From an uncultured Planctomycetaceae bacterium (GTDB lineage Bacteria; Planctomycetota; Planctomycetia; Isosphaerales; Isosphaeraceae), in assembly GCA_963833985.1 (NCBI GenBank), contig CAWIAD010000001.1:2400001-2464000 (forward strand): a DNA stretch of 64,000 bases, in the 5' to 3' direction. The notes below the pieces were generated by a model. It was given only the letters and a program-made list of their open reading frames with translations. It was not told the DNA's origin and did not search any database. Both the position numbers and the translations under genes were made by a program. Below are positions 43,337 to 51,629 of the stretch, piece after piece (within the stretch, counting starts at the first letter, position 1; each line of letters opens with the position of its first letter).

Positions 43337-43951
43337 ATGTCGATGTCAACCGCAGGTTCCGTCACGATCATCATCCGTGCCATCCGTTCGGGTGACCAGT
43401 CCGCAGCGACCCCGCTCTGGGCGCGCTACTTTGAGCGGCTCGCGCGACATGCGAATAAGTTCCTGTGCTGGAATACTCGGCTCATCGACATGGACGAGGA
43501 TGTCGCGCTGCTCGCCCTCAACGACTTCTGCAACGGGCTGTCGGCAGGCAAGTTCGAGGACGTCGATAGCCGCGAGCAACTTTGGAGGTTGCTGGCGAAG
43601 ATCATCGAGCGGAAGGCTTACCGACTTATCAACGAACGCCGCTGGAAACGCGAGCGCCTCTTCACCGACCTTGAGCCTACCGGGTCGCAGGCCGGCGACA
43701 GCCGCACGCCGGTTGTGGTCTTCGAACCTGTCGATCGTTACAAGGAGATTGTCGGCATAGAACTGAACGAGTTGATCGATAGCCTTCCCAATCCCCTCTG
43801 GCGTGAAGCCGTCCGGATGACCCTTGAAGGAGATACGGTGCGAGAGATCGCCGAGAAGCTCCAATACAGTTCCAGCTACGTTCACGTCTGGCTTCGGACC
43901 ATCCGCGCCCTCTGGGAAGAGCAGTACGGGCGGGACAATTTCTTCGGTTGA
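43337..43951 (+). CDS. ECF-type sigma factor (planctomycete kinase-associated type)
   Basis: GSVTIIIRAIRSGDQSAATPLWARYFERL, DEDVAL, SREQLWRLL, region-4 HTH VREIAEKL. Confidence 0.9.
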   Translation: MSMSTAGSVTIIIRAIRSGDQSAATPLWARYFERLARHANKFLCWNTRLIDMDEDVALLALNDFCNGLSAGKFEDVDSREQLWRLLAKIIERKAYRLINERRWKRERLFTDLEPTGSQAGDSRTPVVVFEPVDRYKEIVGIELNELIDSLPNPLWREAVRMTLEGDTVREIAEKLQYSSSYVHVWLRTIRALWEEQYGRDNFFG

Positions 43952-44046
43952 TGTCATTTCACAAAATGCCGCTTTCCCGACATACAGAAGAAGGGAGCCC
44001 GTCGGGGCCCTCGATCATCCTTCTTACGGTTTTCGGATCCTGGACC

Positions 44047-46785
44047 ATGACGTCAGAGCAAGCGATCCGGCTTTGCGAGGCGTGTGAGCGATTCGAATGG
44101 GAGACGATCAGAGGCGGGTTACCTCGGATCGAAAAGTATCTGGAAAGAGCCCCCGCCGAGGACCGGCCGCAGCTCCTGGAGGATCTGCTCGGCATTGAGC
44201 TGGAGCGGCGAATCGGCGCGCGGGAAACACCCCATCCGGAAGACTACGCCGCGCGGTTTCCGGACCATCGGGATCTGATCGAGCTTCTCATTCATAAGGC
44301 GAGGGCGGAAGTGCCGGAACCACGTCAGTCTGTCGGGCCCTACGTCCTCCTCGAGGAGATCGGCCGGGGGCGTCAAGGAGTTGTCTACCGAGCTCGCAAG
44401 GCGGGGCCAGCCAACCACGATGTGGCACTCAAGGTCATGACCGCGGGGATGATCGGCAGCCGCGACGCCGCCGTCCGCTTCGTCAATTCAATCCAGCGTC
44501 ACGCTGGCGTCCACCACCCCCATATCGTCCCTTACCTCGATTCGGGAGACGACTGCGGCCGCCTCTACTACGTCATGCGGCTTATGCCCTTAACGCTGGC
44601 GAAACGCGCGGGGCCGATGGACCCAGTCGAGGCCGTCGAGCTGATGATCAAGCTCGTCGAGGCCGTCCATCACCTGCACTCCGAGCCGGTCCCGATACTT
44701 CACAACGACCTGAAACCAGGGAACATCCTGCTTGATGACAAAGGAGAGCCCTACATCGCCGATTTCGGCTTGGCCGTGCTGCTCGACGGCGAGGGTGAGC
44801 TCGACGGGGTCGTCGGGACGGTGCCCTACATCGCGCCCGAGAAGCTGGACCACAGGTTCGGCGAGGTCGGCCCGGCCAGCGATATCTACAGCCTCGGCGT
44901 GATCTTCTACGAGCTACTTACAGGCCGGTTGCCCTTCCCGCATGCTCACGGATCAATCCTCGCAACCATCGAGCGCGAGCCCATCCCGCCCGGCCGAATC
45001 CAGAAGGGAATCCCTACCAACCTCGAGAGTGTCTGCCTCCGGTGCCTCTGCAAGAAAACAGAGACGCGGTACGCGTCGGCCGACGAGTTGCTGATGCATC
45101 TCCGCGCCTGCAGATTAGGAGAAGGTCCAATTCCACCCGAACGCTTCCTCCCCCGCCTCTTGGACTGGGCCCGCCGCGAGCCCGCTCTCGCGGCGCGAGT
45201 CATCGTGATCATCCTCGCCTCTGGCATCATCTGGGGCGGCCGGCTGATCATGGGAAGATACGCGGTGCTGGCGCCGGACCATTGGGCTCAGGATCCCGTG
45301 ACCCGGTGGCTGCTGAGTCCGTTCGGTTCTGCCGAGCGTGCCCTCGTCTGGTTGACTCAACTGACGCTGGTCGCCTGGGCCCTCGCGTCCTGGGGGTTCC
45401 AGCGTCAGCTCAATCGGTGGCACAACGAGGGCGGCCTTCAGCTTGGCTGGCGCGCCGTGGACGTCACGGCCATCTCGCTCATCATCCTGTTCGACGACGC
45501 GCTCATGAGCCCCCTGACAATTGCCTTCGCGGTCCTCATCGCCGCGTCCGCCCTCTGGGCGTGGCCGGAACAGATCGTCCAGACGACACTCATTTCCATG
45601 GGAGGGTTCAGCATGCTCGCGTTCCTTTATCACTTCAGCCATCCTGACGATCGTCCATATCGGCATTTCCACTACCTGGTGTGTCTGGCCTCGCTGGGCC
45701 TGATCTTGGTCCACCAGGCCAGGCGTACCAGAGCCCTCCTGCGAATCTGCGGAGCGAAAAAGCCTGGTGGACCGGAATTCAATCCCGGATCGCTCAGAGC
45801 GGGGGTCGAGGCGGCGTCGAGCGGTCGCCCCCGCTGCGTCCGCGGGCTGACTTCATGGCTAAGGACCCTGTGGACAAGGGAGATTGGAACGGCTATTCTC
45901 CTTTCGGTGTTGGCTTTCGTTGGCATCTCAGCCCTGGCCGCGCATCTTGCGACCACTCCCATACGCTTTCCTCTGGACAAAGAGAAGTCACCCGGAAACC
46001 TTGGACTCGATTTCGAGAAGGTCACACTGAAAGCGCGAGGCGATGGTCTCGAGATCGCCGGCTGGTTCATTCCCTCCAGCACCAAGCGCAGGGCCATCAT
46101 CCTGGTTCATGGCAAGGATGCAAATCGCACCCGTGAATTCGATCGAGATCTGAACGACAAGCACCCGGGGGAGTTTCCCGACCTCGCAGTGTCGCTCTGT
46201 CGCGGAGGATTCTCGGTCCTGATGATCGACCTAAGGGGGCATGGGGAGAGTGGTCCCTCTCGCTTTGGCTTCGGACTGACGGAGCGGCGAGACGTGCTTG
46301 GTGCTGTGGACTGGCTGGTCGACCGCGGTTTCTCCGCTGGCCGAATCGGAGTACTGGGAGTGTCGATGGGAGCGGCGGCGGTCATCGGAGCGGCCGCGGA
46401 AGACAATCGCATTGGCGCCGCGGTTGCAGACAGCAGCTACGCTGAAATCACTTCGATCATTGAAACACAATGGTCCTCCACGACTCATCTGCCGTCAATC
46501 CTGTTGCTGCCAACAAAGTGGTTCGCGAAGCAAGTGTTCGACTGCGACCTTGACTCAGTCCGGCCCGTGGACGAGATCGGGTCGATTCGACGGCCCATCC
46601 TGCTGATCCACGGAGAAACGGACCCATTAACGCCACCGGAACACGCCAGGCGGCTCGAAGAGGCGGCAAAGCCTTGGGCGGAACTCTGGTTGGTGCGTTC
46701 CGAACGACATGCCGGTGTGTATCTCGACGATCCGCGAGCTTACGTTGAGAAGGTGAGCGACTTCTTCAATCGTTCCATGAAGTGA
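44047..46785 (+). CDS. Ser/Thr protein kinase with multi-TM region fused to a C-terminal alpha/beta hydrolase
   Basis: N-terminal ACERFE..IEKYL..YAARFP module, IGRGRQG, VALK, HNDLKPGN, DFG, GTVPYIAPE; several TM helices; then LVHG, DLRGHGES, GVSMG, LIHGETD, H. Confidence 0.9.
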   Translation: MTSEQAIRLCEACERFEWETIRGGLPRIEKYLERAPAEDRPQLLEDLLGIELERRIGARETPHPEDYAARFPDHRDLIELLIHKARAEVPEPRQSVGPYVLLEEIGRGRQGVVYRARKAGPANHDVALKVMTAGMIGSRDAAVRFVNSIQRHAGVHHPHIVPYLDSGDDCGRLYYVMRLMPLTLAKRAGPMDPVEAVELMIKLVEAVHHLHSEPVPILHNDLKPGNILLDDKGEPYIADFGLAVLLDGEGELDGVVGTVPYIAPEKLDHRFGEVGPASDIYSLGVIFYELLTGRLPFPHAHGSILATIEREPIPPGRIQKGIPTNLESVCLRCLCKKTETRYASADELLMHLRACRLGEGPIPPERFLPRLLDWARREPALAARVIVIILASGIIWGGRLIMGRYAVLAPDHWAQDPVTRWLLSPFGSAERALVWLTQLTLVAWALASWGFQRQLNRWHNEGGLQLGWRAVDVTAISLIILFDDALMSPLTIAFAVLIAASALWAWPEQIVQTTLISMGGFSMLAFLYHFSHPDDRPYRHFHYLVCLASLGLILVHQARRTRALLRICGAKKPGGPEFNPGSLRAGVEAASSGRPRCVRGLTSWLRTLWTREIGTAILLSVLAFVGISALAAHLATTPIRFPLDKEKSPGNLGLDFEKVTLKARGDGLEIAGWFIPSSTKRRAIILVHGKDANRTREFDRDLNDKHPGEFPDLAVSLCRGGFSVLMIDLRGHGESGPSRFGFGLTERRDVLGAVDWLVDRGFSAGRIGVLGVSMGAAAVIGAAAEDNRIGAAVADSSYAEITSIIETQWSSTTHLPSILLLPTKWFAKQVFDCDLDSVRPVDEIGSIRRPILLIHGETDPLTPPEHARRLEEAAKPWAELWLVRSERHAGVYLDDPRAYVEKVSDFFNRSMK

Positions 46786-46809
46786 CCGTTCCTCCCTTTT
46801 GGAGTACGG

Positions 46810-47256
46810 TCATTCCCTATGCCGACCGGAACGCGATGCTTCGAAGCCGAGCGCGGCCCCGGCGAGCGCATACTGCGTGAGACCCTGGAGCAACCAGCAA
46901 GCGATGATCGAGCGGGGAATCGCGATTGACGCGAAGCATAGCAAGTAAACAGGAAAGGCGCCGACGATGAAGAGCACGGCCCCGAAGCGAGCACCTGCGA
47001 GGGGCGATCGCGTTCGCGGTTCGAGAACGGAGAGAAGCCACGAGAAGACCAGACCGAACCAAAACGGGTGGACGATCATGTAGAGGAGGGTCCAGCCGCC
47101 CCATGGACGGAACACAGGCGGGGCAAACAGGTCGGCAATCCACGGGGCGAGGATCGGAAGCAGTGCGTGGAATCCGGCACCGACCGCGAACATGATTGTA
47201 CCGGCCATAAGACCGCGGGCGAGGATCCGGTCGGGGCGGGGCGCGTTGTCTGCCAT
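46810..47256 (-). CDS. Small 4-TM membrane protein
   Basis: 148 aa, four hydrophobic helices, AAGGAG RBS. Confidence 0.72.
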   Translation of the reverse strand: MADNAPRPDRILARGLMAGTIMFAVGAGFHALLPILAPWIADLFAPPVFRPWGGWTLLYMIVHPFWFGLVFSWLLSVLEPRTRSPLAGARFGAVLFIVGAFPVYLLCFASIAIPRSIIACWLLQGLTQYALAGAALGFEASRSGRHRE

Positions 47257-47322
47257 CGAAGGGTCTCCTTGTCGGGGCTTTTACCGTTCGCGGGTCTCAC
47301 GACCTCGCGAGCATAATGGGGC

Positions 47323-48021
47323 TTATTCCCCGGGCTTCAGGACCAGCGTCGCCACAGCCGAACCGGGAAGCAAGGGCGAGGACTGGCCGAGAACCCACTC
47401 GGCGTGTCCCTCGCGATAGAACGGCGAGAGCGGGTGGCCCGACTGGCCGCCGGGCATGTGAAAGATCCCTCGCTCCTCGAGTCCCGGCGAGACGACCATC
47501 CTTTCGGATGCACCGAAATCCGGCCCCTGGATCCGGGGCATGTCAGACCATCCGCCGGGAAGTTTGTCGGCTGGCATGTCCAGCCAACGGGCCAACCACG
47601 GGACACCTTCACTGAGAGGGTGCCTGATCCTCGCCGTATTGGTCAGTCCCCACGCTCTTCCGGCCAAGGTCGAACCATCGGCCGATTCCTGAAGCAGCAT
47701 CGCGTCGACCACAGCCCGCAGAAGTTCGTCCCAGGACCGATACCTCGGGTCGAGCAGATGAGCGGGACGCCCGCTCACCAAAGCCCAGGCGGGGCCCTCC
47801 AGTGTGTGAAGGTCGCGGAGGCGGAATTCCTTGTCGGCGGCCCGACATCGGGCCGTCAAGGGAGCGAGCACCTCACGGACCGTCCTCAATCGGAACTCCC
47901 AGACCATCCGGTAACCGATCGAATTCACTGACGCCCTTCCGCCCCAGTTCACGACTCGGTCGCGCAGAGCCCGCCGCCTCGGGTCTGCCGCGACGAATTG
48001 CGGAGTCAAGGTGCCGAGAAA
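47323..48021 (-). pseudogene. C-terminal fragment of a penicillin acylase (Ntn hydrolase) family protein, 5'-truncated at the repeat array
   Basis: WGGRASVNSIGYR, IRHPLS, FGASERMVVSPG, HMPGGQSGHPLSPFY. Only about 230 codons are present and there is no catalytic SN motif. Confidence 0.85.
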
Positions 48022-48262
48022 AGAAAACGGTGTCAGTTCATTTAAAAAGAAAACGGTGTCAGTTCATTTAAGAAAACGGTGTCAGTTCATTTAAAAAAGA
48101 AAACGGTGTCAGTTCATTTAAAAAAGAAAACGGTGTCAGTTCATTTAAAGCGGGAAGTCTGAGGCGGAATCAGGGTCAGTTCATTTGAAGTGCCAATAAA
48201 TTAAATAACAAAAGTTTCCCATCTTATAAATGAAATGACAAAAGTATCGAACAGGTTTCCCA
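48022..48262. repeat. Tandem array of 5 x AGAAAACGGTGTCAGTTCATTT with variable A-tract linkers, plus a partial copy and degenerate inverted arms
   Basis: Units start at 48022, 48048, 48071, 48098 and 48125; partial copy at 48171-48186; reverse complement of the 30778-30855 unit. Confidence 0.92.
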
Positions 48263-48460
48263 TCAGGCTGAAATCACGAGAAACAAAGCTTGACACCGAG
48301 CGCCCACGCCCACGAAGCGCCCAAAGCCTTGCCACCGCGAAGCGCCCATTGCTCCGCCAACGGCTACCAGCCTAGAATCAAAGGTAGTCGCAAAACGGGG
48401 CGGCATGGCGATTGTGTCGCTTTCGTTCCAGAGACTTTGATCGGCTCGGGAGGATGACCC

Positions 48461-48721
48461 ATGACCACGGCGACCGGAAGGATTTTCAAGCAAGCTGATC
48501 GTCAGGGCGGCGACGCCTGCGTCCATGGCACGCGCATTCCGGTTTGGGTTCTGGACAATTGTCGCCGTCTGGGTATGCCCGATGCCCAAATCCTGTCGAC
48601 CTACCCTTCGCTGACTCCCCCCGACCTAGAAGCCGCCTGGGATTACGTCGCAGCCAACCGGGAAGAGATCGAGCAGGCCATCCGCGAAAACGAAGAGGGC
48701 GACAACGGCCCCGTGGAGTAA
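48461..48721 (+). CDS. DUF433 family antitoxin
   Basis: GGDACVHGTRIPVW, ILSTYPSLT..DLEAAWDY; GGAGG RBS. Confidence 0.92.
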   Translation: MTTATGRIFKQADRQGGDACVHGTRIPVWVLDNCRRLGMPDAQILSTYPSLTPPDLEAAWDYVAANREEIEQAIRENEEGDNGPVE

Positions 48722-48727
48722 CAGCGG

Positions 48728-49054
48728 ATGCTGCTCTACGCGGACGAGGACTTCGCTTTTCCTGCGGTCGAGGAACTTCGAGTACGGGGTCACGACGTGC
48801 TAACGGCCCAGGAAGACGGTCAAACGGCTATGCCGGATGCTGTCATTCTGGCCCGCGCCTATACGCTAGGACGTGTCGTCTTGACTCACAATCGACGCCA
48901 CTACGTGCACCTGCATCATCGAGGGGCGGCGCACGTCGGTATCCTGACCGCATCGCAGGATTCCGATCACCTGGCCCTGGCCAGTCGGATCGACGGAACG
49001 CTTGCGAGCCTATCTCCTGGCCGATGGTGCTACCGTGTGAATCGACGGCCGTGA
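48728..49054 (+). CDS. DUF5615 family PIN-like toxin
   Basis: LLYADEDF, LRVRGHDV, PDAVIL, VVLTHNRRHY, HVGIL; directly downstream of DUF433. Confidence 0.9.
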   Translation: MLLYADEDFAFPAVEELRVRGHDVLTAQEDGQTAMPDAVILARAYTLGRVVLTHNRRHYVHLHHRGAAHVGILTASQDSDHLALASRIDGTLASLSPGRWCYRVNRRP

Positions 49055-49062
49055 GTTTGAAG

Positions 49063-49130
49063 TACCGAAGGTGGGACTTGAACCCACACGGGTGTTACCC
49101 CACCGGATTTTGAGTCCGGTGCTTCTGCCA
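49063..49130 (-). tRNA. 5'-truncated tRNA-Leu(CAA) fragment (probable att site)
   Basis: Minus strand TGGCAGAAGC-A-CCGGA-CTCAAAA-TCCGG, variable arm, GTGGG-TTCAAGT-CCCAC-CTTCGGT-A. The 5' acceptor strand and first half of the D arm are replaced by unrelated AT-rich sequence. Confidence 0.88.
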
Positions 49131-49404
49131 TATAGTTAGTACTGGAAACACGTTGCTGTGATGCTTAAAGTCTTTGATTGCAAGGCAGTTACGATACTGC
49201 CCTGACTCGGGCAGATTGTAGCCGCATTGAGCTGATGTCGCCAGTCCTGTTCCCATTTTGTTCCCAAAATGCCCTCGCGGCCAGGCGTAGCGTACGGGTA
49301 AGATCTCTTCGGTCCAGGGATGCGGCAGTCCGCCACTCTGCTTGCTTGAGATGATCAAAATGAACTATATTCATTAATTTGCATCGTGCGACGAGTGCCC
49401 CCGC

Positions 49405-49596
49405 GTGGGCGGCGGGAATTGCACCAGTGGCCTTGTTTCCACAACTCATTGTCCGAATTGCGGTTACGACATTACACCTGGTGGCTGGCCGGAACATGGC
49501 CGGGAGGAAGAGGCACTCCGAGAGCTTGTCTCAAACTGGCACCGTCTGACTCCTTCGCTCCGGACCGCCATCCTGAATCTGTCGCGGGGCGATTGA
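49405..49596 (+). CDS. Small hypothetical protein (CxxC knuckle + short helical motif)
   Basis: HCPNCGYD and EALRELVSNWHRLTPSLRTAILNL; start codon uncertain. Confidence 0.45.
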   Translation: MGGGNCTSGLVSTTHCPNCGYDITPGGWPEHGREEEALRELVSNWHRLTPSLRTAILNLSRGD

Positions 49597-49781
49597 TAAT
49601 CCATCCCTTTTCTCGGCGGAGTCCGAAGCCGGGTTGCTGGGTTGCGGAGGATGTTGCGAGACGGAATGCCTATTTTGCTATGATCTTGTCCTGCACGCCC
49701 TCGATGTCACACGATTACAAAAGAGCTCGTCGGCTTGTTTGAATTCTTTCGTCAACGCCGAGGATACGGGCGTTTGAGGTG

Positions 49782-50468
49782 TCAGTAGTCATAGCTAATA
49801 GGAACACGCGGCCTTAACCGGTCCTCGGCGAGTTGTCGTACTTCGTCTTCCATGTGTGCGCACAATCCAAGTTCATCAAGTCGATCGAGTAACTCCGCTT
49901 GTTCCAGGAGAAGAATGTCTTCGATTGTGAATTTCGGCAGTTCGTCATCGTCTGGATCGAACGAGCTCTCTGGAAAGATTCTAAGGATATCGACAAAGCG
50001 CATGAGGGGGTGCTTTAGCCATTCCTCGAGGAGTGTGGTACGTAACGAAAGTCGAAACCGCGCTAGAGGAGAAAGTTCGGGGTATAGAGAATCGACAGTT
50101 ATCCCGACGTTAGCATCGATTTGTTCATCTTCGTAACAGGGCAAACCGCGAATTACCTGTTCAAAAAGCTGCGTCAAGGGAAAGTGATCGCTGTTGTAGA
50201 GCGGCTTAAGCAACTCGATGGCCCGGTTCGCACGGGTGGGGTCGTCATATTCGATCCAGTAGGTTTCTGTGTCAACGCGAGGGGCTGGCCCCATTGTGAG
50301 TACGAAATACGGTTCACTGCACTGTATGCGGATGAATTCAGCGAACCCCGGCAACCCGTTTGCTTCTAACCAATCGGAATAGTCGAGCCGCAGGCGGTCG
50401 TTGCGAGGATCGTCGTGGATGGCATGCAGAAGAGCGAGCTCCTCTGTTGAGAATGGTTGCTTCGGCAC
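49782..50468 (-). CDS. TIGR02996 domain-containing protein
   Basis: ALLHAIHDDPRNDRLRLDYSDWLEANG...AEFIRIQC; GAGGAGG RBS. Confidence 0.88.
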   Translation of the reverse strand: MPKQPFSTEELALLHAIHDDPRNDRLRLDYSDWLEANGLPGFAEFIRIQCSEPYFVLTMGPAPRVDTETYWIEYDDPTRANRAIELLKPLYNSDHFPLTQLFEQVIRGLPCYEDEQIDANVGITVDSLYPELSPLARFRLSLRTTLLEEWLKHPLMRFVDILRIFPESSFDPDDDELPKFTIEDILLLEQAELLDRLDELGLCAHMEDEVRQLAEDRLRPRVPISYDY

Positions 50469-50713
50469 GACAGCCTCCTCATCGAACGAACACCAAGCAC
50501 CGCAGTACGTTTACGCTTCCGATGCGCCACCTTCGCATTTGACGGTGTCCACATTCAGGCCTACGTCGTCGGCGATGACTTCGATGCACGCGTTAGTTCG
50601 CAAAACAGGAAGTCAAGGGGGCAGCCATTTGAAAACCAATGGCCTAGACCGTAGACTGACGGCCAGGGTCATTCTGCGAGCCGATTTGGGTCGCACTGGG
50701 CAAGGAGCTTCGC

Positions 50714-51124
50714 TTGTCGAGCGTAGGCGAGAGAATCAAGCAAAGGCGACAGGAACTCGGCTGGACGCAAGATCAAGTCTGCTCGAAAGCCGGGTTGTCC
50801 ACAAGCTTTTTGTCTGAACTTGAAAGCGGCAAGCGGAGCGTCAGCGCCACGAACCTGCTAAACATCGCCCGTACTCTGAGCGTGTCCCTTGATTACCTGA
50901 TGACTGGCAAGGCAAGCGAGGAAAAGGCTGCCGAGGTTCCCGTACCGGCGTCCTTGGCGAGGTTCGCTACCGAGGAACGGTTGTCGTTCAGCCAGACGTT
51001 AATCCTACTCGACATGCAGAAGCAGATTCTCTCCCGCCGCAGCGTCAAGAAGAAGGATGACCTGGAGTCGGTGGACTGGCGGAAGTTCTATGAAGGCGTG
51101 AAAGAATTCGTTGAAAACGAATGA
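50714..51124 (+). CDS. XRE-family HTH transcriptional regulator heading the BREX operon
   Basis: VGERIKQRRQELGWTQDQV..GLSTSFLSELESGK..SLDYL; AAGGAG RBS with TTG start. Confidence 0.92.
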   Translation: MSSVGERIKQRRQELGWTQDQVCSKAGLSTSFLSELESGKRSVSATNLLNIARTLSVSLDYLMTGKASEEKAAEVPVPASLARFATEERLSFSQTLILLDMQKQILSRRSVKKKDDLESVDWRKFYEGVKEFVENE

Positions 51125-51133
51125 ATCGAGATC

Positions 51134-51613
51134 ATGACCGAGGCCACGACAAAACTTGAGGAGGCGATCCAGCAGGCAACGAGCCAGTATTACCGGCTCG
51201 TCGTCCTGGCCGGCGTGCCGGGCTCCGGTAAGACCGCCGCCTTGCAGGCCGTGGCGCAAAAGCTCGGTTGCCCGCTGGTTAACGTCAACCTGGAATTGAG
51301 CAAGTCGATGCTCGAACTGACTCGGACGCAACGGTCTCGTCAGGTCGAGCGGCTGCTCAAGGAAGTAATCGCCGCCGCATCCGGCGACGTGGTCCTCCTG
51401 GACAATCTGGAGATTCTGTTCGACACCTCCCTCGAAGTGGAACCACTTCGCCTGCTCCAGCTCATCAGTCGCAATCGCACGATCGTCGCCTCGTGGAACG
51501 GCAACTTTCAGGTCGGGACATTGACCTACGCCGAACCTGGTCATCCCGAGTTCATCCAGTTCAAGCAGACAGACGCCGTCGTCATCCCGATCGGCACGAG
51601 CGCCAACCACTGA
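51134..51613 (+). CDS. brxF: BREX-3 P-loop protein BrxF
   Basis: YYRLVVLAGVPGSGKT, VNVNLELS, VVLLDNLEILFD, LTYAEPGHPE; lies upstream of brxC. Confidence 0.9.
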   Translation: MTEATTKLEEAIQQATSQYYRLVVLAGVPGSGKTAALQAVAQKLGCPLVNVNLELSKSMLELTRTQRSRQVERLLKEVIAAASGDVVLLDNLEILFDTSLEVEPLRLLQLISRNRTIVASWNGNFQVGTLTYAEPGHPEFIQFKQTDAVVIPIGTSANH

Positions 51614-51629
51614 GAGGGTTCACTTCGCC

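Noticed and set aside
48022..48146. CRISPR array
   Set aside because: Repeats are separated only by a few A residues; there are no unique spacers and no cas genes. The same applies to 30778-30855.
30724..48262. Tn7/CAST-type transposon ends
   Set aside because: Multiple ~22-bp sites are suggestive, but I found no terminal TGT...ACA pair with a 5-bp TSD and no tns genes.
49063..49130. Functional tRNA-Leu gene
   Set aside because: The 5' acceptor strand and half of the D arm are missing, so it cannot fold into a cloverleaf.
49131..49780. Integrase remnant beside the att site
   Set aside because: No tyrosine (R-H-R-Y) or serine recombinase motifs are recognisable in any listed frame.
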